Below are positions 58,962 through 64,000 of a stretch of DNA of 64,000 nucleotides, in pieces (position 1 is the stretch's first letter; each line of letters begins with the position of its first letter). Made by a program: the position numbers and the translations under genes. Below the pieces are notes generated by a model. That model was not told the DNA's origin and did not search any database. It saw only the letters and a list, made by a program, of their open reading frames with translations. Origin of the DNA: Deltaproteobacteria bacterium (GTDB lineage: Bacteria > Desulfobacterota > Binatia > UBA9968); assembly GCA_016193465.1 (NCBI GenBank), contig JACPSE010000124.1:290-64289 (forward strand), given 5' to 3'.

Positions 58962-58974
58962 AAAGCCTGATCGC

Positions 58975-59340
58975 ATGGAAGGTCAAAAGCAGATTCTGGG
59001 CAAAGAAGGGGAGCGGATTGCCGAGACGTTTCTCAGGAAGAAAGGCTACAGGCTCGTGGAACGGAACTACCGCTGTCCGGTCGGGGAGTTGGACCTTGTT
59101 TTGTTGGATCGCCGGGTTTTGGTTTTCGTTGAGGTGAAGACCCGCACGGATGATCGCTTCGGCGGGCCTCTTGAGGCGGTCCATCCGCGCAAGCAACATA
59201 AGATGGTCAAGGCAGCGCTTTTTTTCCTCAGCCAGCATCGGCTGCACCACAGGGAAGCGAGGTTCGACGTCGTGGGTATCTCCTGGAAAGACCGAGAACC
59301 GCTGGTGGAACATGTGCAAAATGCCTTTGAGATTTCATAA
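58975..59340 (+). CDS. yraN: YraN family (UPF0102) endonuclease-like protein
   Basis: GE..AE.FL...GY....RN.R...GE.DLV......LVFVEVK.R pattern; follows rnhB as commonly seen. Confidence 0.8.
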   Translation: MEGQKQILGKEGERIAETFLRKKGYRLVERNYRCPVGELDLVLLDRRVLVFVEVKTRTDDRFGGPLEAVHPRKQHKMVKAALFFLSQHRLHHREARFDVVGISWKDREPLVEHVQNAFEIS

Positions 59341-59425
59341 AGAAGGCGTGAGGCGTGAGGCATGAGGCGCGAGGCGTGAGTAAAAACTTCTTCTGGTTGC
59401 CTGTTGCCTTTCGCCTCAAGCCTAA
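59341..59425. repeat. Heptamer-arm hairpin element between yraN and serS
   Basis: aggcgtgaggcgtgaggcatgaggcgcgaggcgtgag-taaaaacttcttctg-gttgcctgttgcctttcgcctcaagcct. Confidence 0.6.
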
Positions 59426-59436
59426 AGTGTTTTCTC

Positions 59437-60708
59437 ATGCTGGATATTAAGCTTCTTCGAGACAATTTGGATCTGGTTAAAGAGCGGATCGGCGCCAGGG
59501 GGACGAAGATCGACTGGGAAGAGTTCGGCGCCGTGGACCGGGAGCGCCGGGAGACGCTGGCGAAGTGGGAGAGACTGAAGGAGAAAAAAAATCAGCTTTC
59601 CGGCGAGATCGGCAGGCTAAAAAAATCGGGTCAGGATGCCGCTTCGCTGATGCGGGATGTGGAGCAGCTTTCCCAGGCGATCCGCGACGGTGAGGGACCT
59701 TTAGCGGAGATCGAAGGGCGATTCCAGAAATGGATGCTTTGGATTCCGAACCTACCGCACCCCAGCGTGCCGTTGGGATCGGGCCCCGAAGACAACAAGG
59801 AGGTGAGACAATGGGGCGAGCTTCCCCGTTTCGATTTTTCTCCGAAAAACCATTGGGAGATAGGGGAAGAGCTGGGAATTCTGGATTTTACCAGGGCGGC
59901 AAAAATTGCGGCCTCTCGGTTCGCGATTTACTATAGACAGGGGGCGTTGCTGGAGCGGGCGCTGATCAATTTCATGCTCGATCTGCACACGCGCGAGCGT
60001 GGTTACCGGGAGACGGTGCCGCCGTTTCTGGTGAATCGAGAGACCATGACGGGCACGGGGCAGCTACCAAAATTTGAAGAAGAGCTTTTCCGCACCGCGG
60101 AACCGGAGCTTTTCCTCGTGCCAACGGCTGAGGTGCCGTTGACGAACATCCACCGGGATGAGGTTTTGAGCCGGGAAGATATCCCTATCTGCTACGTCGC
60201 CTATACTCCTTGCTTTCGCCGCGAGGCGGGCTCCTACGGACAGGACGTGCGCGGGCTGATACGCCTGCACCAGTTCAACAAGGTGGAGCTGGTGAAATTG
60301 ACCGGGCCGCAGAATTCTTACGAGGAGCTGGAGAAAATGGTGCGGGATGCCGAGGAGGTCCTTCAAAGGCTTAGGCTTCCTTATCGCGTCGTGGAGCTTT
60401 GCGCTGGCGATTTGGGCTTTTCCTCGGCGAAAACCTACGATTTGGAGGTGTGGCTGCCAGGGCAGGGGGCTTACCGGGAGATCAGCTCCTGCTCGAACTG
60501 TGAGGATTTTCAGGCGCGCCGGGCTCAAATCCGCTATCGCCCGGAAAAAAAAGGAAAACCCGTTTTTGTCCACACGCTCAACGGCTCCGGCCTGGCTGTG
60601 GGAAGGACAGTGGTTGCGGTCTTGGAGAATTACCAGCAGAAGGATGGGACCGTGATTGTGCCGGAGGCGCTACGTCCGTATATGGGAGGTCTGGAGCGGA
60701 TCAGCTAA
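59437..60708 (+). CDS. serS: Seryl-tRNA synthetase
   Basis: N-terminal coiled coil, class II motifs ([23 protein letters not shown]). Confidence 0.9.
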   Translation: MLDIKLLRDNLDLVKERIGARGTKIDWEEFGAVDRERRETLAKWERLKEKKNQLSGEIGRLKKSGQDAASLMRDVEQLSQAIRDGEGPLAEIEGRFQKWMLWIPNLPHPSVPLGSGPEDNKEVRQWGELPRFDFSPKNHWEIGEELGILDFTRAAKIAASRFAIYYRQGALLERALINFMLDLHTRERGYRETVPPFLVNRETMTGTGQLPKFEEELFRTAEPELFLVPTAEVPLTNIHRDEVLSREDIPICYVAYTPCFRREAGSYGQDVRGLIRLHQFNKVELVKLTGPQNSYEELEKMVRDAEEVLQRLRLPYRVVELCAGDLGFSSAKTYDLEVWLPGQGAYREISSCSNCEDFQARRAQIRYRPEKKGKPVFVHTLNGSGLAVGRTVVAVLENYQQKDGTVIVPEALRPYMGGLERIS

Positions 60709-60852
60709 AAAAACAGTTTTGAGTGGTGAGTTTTTAGTTCTTAGTTGACAGAAGTTTCCTTTCAACTCAAAACTAATAACCTAAAATTAAAAACTTAAAT
60801 GTTGAGCTGGAGCCTATTTACTATTGACTATTTACTGTTTACTGTAATTGCA

Positions 60853-60941
60853 GGAGGGGTGGCCGAGCGGTTTAAGGCACCGGTCTTGAAAACCGGCGTC
60901 CACTGCGTGGACCGCGAGTTCGAATCTCGCCCCCTCCGCCA
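60853..60941 (+). tRNA. tRNA-Ser (anticodon TGA)
   Basis: GGAGGGGTGGCCGAGCGGTTTAAGGCACCGGTCTTGAAAACCGG + long variable arm + GAGTTCGAATCTCGCCCCCTCCGCCA; near-identical architecture to E. coli tRNA-Ser(UGA). Confidence 0.9.
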
Positions 60942-60955
60942 CTAGTTTGGATAAA

Positions 60956-61015
60956 ACGTGTCCCGTGTTCGTGATTCGTGTTCGTACGAGCACGAGAAAC
61001 GAGCACGATCACGGC
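60956..61015. repeat. CGTG/CACGA-rich inverted repeat between the two tRNA-Ser genes
   Basis: cgtgttcgtgattcgtgttcgtacgagcacgagaaacgagcacgatcacgg; same family as flanks of four-helix-bundle gene. Confidence 0.5.
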
Positions 61016-61029
61016 TTTTACTTCACCAC

Positions 61030-61122
61030 GGAGAGATGGCCGAGCGGTCGAAGGCGCACGCCTGCTAAGCGTGTGTACCCCTTAAAAGGGTACCGAGGGT
61101 TCGAATCCCTCTCTCTCCGCCA
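61030..61122 (+). tRNA. tRNA-Ser (anticodon GCT)
   Basis: GGAGAGATGGCCGAGCGGTCGAAGGCGCACGCCTGCTAAGCGTGTG + long variable arm + GGGTTCGAATCCCTCTCTCTCCGCCA. Confidence 0.9.
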
Positions 61123-61158
61123 TCAATTCAGTAAATTTTGCTATTCACTATTTGCCGG

Positions 61159-61584
61159 CTAGCGCCGCCCGGTCACGGAGGCGTGGATAGCTCTCCACCT
61201 CTTCAGTTGTTCGGGGGAAAGGAGCCTGTTAACTTTTCTTTCTGTGGCAATTTCGCCGACCCTCAAATTTGTCTGGATGTCAGCTTTCTCTCTTAACCTT
61301 TTTTCAATCTGCGCCGGATCAGCTTCCTTCTCGGTAAGATCCTCCAATTCGTCGTCGATAAGGACAATCTTTGCGCTGGCTAGGCGGCGCTGTCTAAATT
61401 GTTGCTTCCAAATGGCACTGATCTCGCTTACCTGATTGTCGGTCAATTTCAGATCATCCCTTACATCTATGATTAGCGGGACAGGGTCCGCATAGGCCAC
61501 AGTAGAAAAGCTGATAGCTAAGAGCTGACAGCTAAGAGCAGAGAGGGCGAGAGAGAGCAGAAAAACCTTTAAACGGCTTTGCAT
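61159..61584 (-). CDS. Periplasmic LTXXQ-motif (Spy/CpxP-like) protein, copy 1; signal peptide encoded by heptamer repeat
   Basis: Signal peptide; LTDNQVSEI and LSPEQLKRW motifs. Confidence 0.65.
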   Translation of the reverse strand: MQSRLKVFLLSLALSALSCQLLAISFSTVAYADPVPLIIDVRDDLKLTDNQVSEISAIWKQQFRQRRLASAKIVLIDDELEDLTEKEADPAQIEKRLREKADIQTNLRVGEIATERKVNRLLSPEQLKRWRAIHASVTGRR

Positions 61585-61589
61585 CGTAA

Positions 61590-61700
61590 TAGCTGAAAGC
61601 TAAGGGCTGAAGGCTAATAGCTAAGAGCGAATAGCTGAGGGCTAAGAGCTTAGACAAACGGCTCTCGGCTCTAGACCCTAAGCTCTAGAGCTGTTTTTCT
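61590..61700. repeat. Heptamer tandem repeats (AGCTNAG/GGCTNAR type) between the two LTXXQ genes
   Basis: agctgaaagctaagggctgaaggctaatagctaagagcgaatagctgagggctaagagcttagac; 7-nt periodicity. Confidence 0.6.
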
Positions 61701-62158
61701 TATCTGGCGGCGGCCTGAATCCCCCTCCATCTCTTGAGCTGCTCGGGGGAAAGAGTTCGATTGATCTTTCTAGTTGCCTCAATGTCGGCGATTCTCATAA
61801 CTATACGAATGTCAGCCGCTTCTCTCAGCTTCTTCCTAATGAGGTCGAGATCGCCCTCTTTGTTGAGAAGATCCTCCAGCTCAGAATCAATGATAACAAG
61901 CCTCGCATTGCTCAACCGGGCGTCTTTGTTAAGGTTTTGCAGGATGGTCCTGATGTCCTGCTCCTGCTTGTCTGTCATATTGAGATCGCCCTTATAGTCG
62001 AATATGGTCCTTCCCCGAGCCGGCTCGGCTTGCGTGGGCTGAGCCGTAGGGGAGGGCGCTGCCTTTGCTGCGGGTGCAACCTGAGCCGGCTGAGCCGTGC
62101 CCACCATGACAATACTGACAACAACCATCGTCGCAATCTTCAAGAAGCCTTTGACCAT
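61700..62158 (-). CDS. Periplasmic LTXXQ-motif (Spy/CpxP-like) protein, copy 2
   Basis: Signal peptide, Ala/Pro/Gln linker, MTDKQEQDI and LSPEQLKRW motifs; paralog of copy 1. Confidence 0.65.
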   Translation of the reverse strand: MVKGFLKIATMVVVSIVMVGTAQPAQVAPAAKAAPSPTAQPTQAEPARGRTIFDYKGDLNMTDKQEQDIRTILQNLNKDARLSNARLVIIDSELEDLLNKEGDLDLIRKKLREAADIRIVMRIADIEATRKINRTLSPEQLKRWRGIQAAAR

Positions 62159-62210
62159 CTATTCGTTCCTCCCTGTAAAAATTATCGTCTCACTCCATTT
62201 CCCTTTTGTA

Positions 62211-64000
62211 TCATCCGCCGATTCCCAGCCTGCGCTTCAGTTCCTCCTCAAGCTCGATCTCTTTTGGCTCCTCGGTAACTATGGCCTCTTCAGCCAGGCT
62301 GATGAGCCTCCCGGTAGTGGTTGCAGGGCCTCCGGTTTCGGAGACGGTGCTACCAAATACACCCAATATGAGCAAGCCTTTAGTACCGCCGATGGACCCT
62401 TGGAAGTCAAGGATTCCTGTGACGCCTCCATCTGTTGGTGCGGGCGAGCCCTCAAGGAACGCATCGCCACTGGCCGAAACAGTGAATCCTCCTCCTGAGA
62501 CATTGTACGCGAAGGGATTGGCGTCCGATCCAATGGAGCCGCCATTTGCCTTGAGTTCAGAGTTAGTCCCTGCGGTCAGGTTGGGATCGAAATTGCCCGC
62601 CATTATGCCTCCAGCCGAGGTGAGGAAAATCCCACCGTTGGTCGCCTCTACCTGGTTCACGGTCATGTCGCCGGATATCGTCTGAAGCACAACGTCGCCG
62701 TTTGTGGTCGTTGCGGTCAGCGTGGATTCAGAGATCTCAAGGGGTTCTGACTGGGTCCCAATCCCATTGCTTGCTGTGAGATCCAGCGTACTACCTGTGA
62801 TATCCACGCCGGCATCCGGGTTCTCCAAAATGGCGCCAGCGGCCGTTATGGTTACCGTGTCATTCTCCGCTTTGACGTCGTCAACGATGATGTCACCGGA
62901 CCCAGTGGTTTCAAGAGTCAGATCTCCGTCGCCAGGGGCCGCCGTGCCTGCCGTCACCGTCTGTGCTTTTAGGTTCGCACCGGCATTCTGTAAGGTAATA
63001 TCCCCGGAAGTCGTAGTGACATTGACGAAGGTTACGGCCCCGCCTCCACTCTGCTCAAAGGTGATGGTTCCTGTGCCTGTGGTGAGGCTATTGACCGACA
63101 CGGCCGTACCTAGCGCATTGTCAATGTCAATGTTGCCGTTGGTGGTGTCAGCGGTAATTGTGCTAGCCGCCAACTCCAGGGCTGTGGTGTTTCCGATACC
63201 TGTGGTGGCATCGAGGTCTGCCGTTGAAGCGGTGATCAAGCCAGCGCCGTTGATCGAACCGGAGGTAACATTCAGAGTAACAGTGCCTGCCCCCGCATTA
63301 ACCGCCTGGCTGACCGTCAGATTGCCTCCAGTCTGGACCGTAACGTTCCCACCATTGGAGCTAATACCGCTCAAGGAGCCCACCGTGCCAATCGTCATAT
63401 CATCGGTATCCCGGATCTTAATATCCCCGGCTGTATCGGCCTTGGCTGCCACGGTGTTGACGTCATTGCCAGCTTGGTTGACGGTAATTGGGCTACCGGA
63501 CTCCAAGGAGAGCTTATCAGCGGTGATGGCGCCGCCAGTCTGATTGATGGCGCCGTCTGAGACGAGGGTGACCGTGCCCGCACCGGCGCTGATGTTGACA
63601 CCGATGGTAAGGGCACTAGTAGAATCCAGCGTGACGTTGCCGTCAGCCGTGGTGATATTCCCGTTAGCGTTGATGGTGTCCGCCGTCACGTCCAGAGCGT
63701 CTAGGGCCATGGTAGTGCCGACGGCGCCCCCTAGTGTCACCGTGCCGCCACCCGCTGTAATGGTAAGCCCCTCAGTGCCTGCGGTAGTGGCATCAATGGT
63801 GGAGGTAAAGGTTAGGCTGTTATCTGCTGCGCCATCGGTGTCGATGGTGACGTTGGCTCCTAAGACCACCGCCCCTGTAAAGGTCGCCGTGGCCCCACCG
63901 GCCCCGTCATCCACTGTCACGCCCGTGCTGTTCAGATTGATCGTGGCTGCCGTCACGTCCAGATCGGCTAGCGCCTGTGTGCCGCCCACGATCCCGCCAA
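62211..64000 (-). CDS. Large Thr/Gly/Ala-rich beta-helical repeat protein (filamentous haemagglutinin/adhesin-like), N-terminus outside window
   Basis: Long tracts of T/G/A/V/N-rich repeats (TVTLGGAVGTTMALDALDVTADTINANGNITT...), typical of secreted beta-helical adhesins; ORF runs to window edge. Confidence 0.65.
   Translation of the reverse strand, partial: GGIVGGTQALADLDVTAATINLNSTGVTVDDGAGGATATFTGAVVLGANVTIDTDGAADNSLTFTSTIDATTAGTEGLTITAGGGTVTLGGAVGTTMALDALDVTADTINANGNITTADGNVTLDSTSALTIGVNISAGAGTVTLVSDGAINQTGGAITADKLSLESGSPITVNQAGNDVNTVAAKADTAGDIKIRDTDDMTIGTVGSLSGISSNGGNVTVQTGGNLTVSQAVNAGAGTVTLNVTSGSINGAGLITASTADLDATTGIGNTTALELAASTITADTTNGNIDIDNALGTAVSVNSLTTGTGTITFEQSGGGAVTFVNVTTTSGDITLQNAGANLKAQTVTAGTAAPGDGDLTLETTGSGDIIVDDVKAENDTVTITAAGAILENPDAGVDITGSTLDLTASNGIGTQSEPLEISESTLTATTTNGDVVLQTISGDMTVNQVEATNGGIFLTSAGGIMAGNFDPNLTAGTNSELKANGGSIGSDANPFAYNVSGGGFTVSASGDAFLEGSPAPTDGGVTGILDFQGSIGGTKGLLILGVFGSTVSETGGPATTTGRLISLAEEAIVTEEPKEIELEEELKRRLGIGG

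Noticed and set aside
47778-61700. Heptamer repeats as a possible CRISPR array
   Set aside because: Units are 7 nt with no 25-50-nt spacers and no cas genes. Not CRISPR-like.

Overview
High-GC (about 60%) chromosomal segment from a Gram-negative-type bacterium; Pal, LolA and the TTT transporter point to a diderm. I did not assign a taxon.

Housekeeping genes are densely packed. Those I can name are: truB (5' partial), hisF, pal, rimO, lolA, ftsK, rnj, plsC, ssb, murI, secA, argJ, gatCAB, rnhB, yraN, serS and two tRNA-Ser genes.

Several accessory or unusual modules sit between them:
- An intramembrane-sensing NarL/LiaS-type two-component system, bracketed by three paralogous small secreted proteins that share a conserved ~80-aa domain.
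- A HEPN plus minimal-nucleotidyltransferase pair, with a ~290-aa N-terminal extension on the NTase, inserted between gatA and gatB.
- A toxin-antitoxin remnant (truncated DUF4258 plus YgiT/MqsA-type zinc-finger) downstream of murI, flanked by a 46-bp direct repeat copied from the murI 3' end.
- A lower-GC islet carrying a CDF transporter and an IS200-like REP-associated tyrosine transposase with an adjacent triple REP-like repeat.
- A putative aromatic-acid catabolic cluster (TctB, two TctC-like proteins, TctA, an amidohydrolase_2 decarboxylase-type enzyme, two HCHL-like crotonases).
- A bactofilin pair with an M23 peptidase and a lytic transglycosylase.
- A large LamG/OmpL47-type secreted adhesin with a divergent PAS-LuxR regulator.
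- SecA with a ~270-aa expanded variable subdomain.

At least five dispersed short-repeat families are present. The most striking is a hairpin element whose arms are heptamer tandem repeats (AGGCNNG / CNNGCCT). It occurs at about seven intergenic sites between 47.7 and 61.7 kb, and once as an in-frame ~165-bp insertion inside rnhB. In two genes, repeat-derived sequence appears to encode the N-terminal signal peptide.

All calls rest on reading the six-frame translations and the nucleotide sequence. No database search was run.
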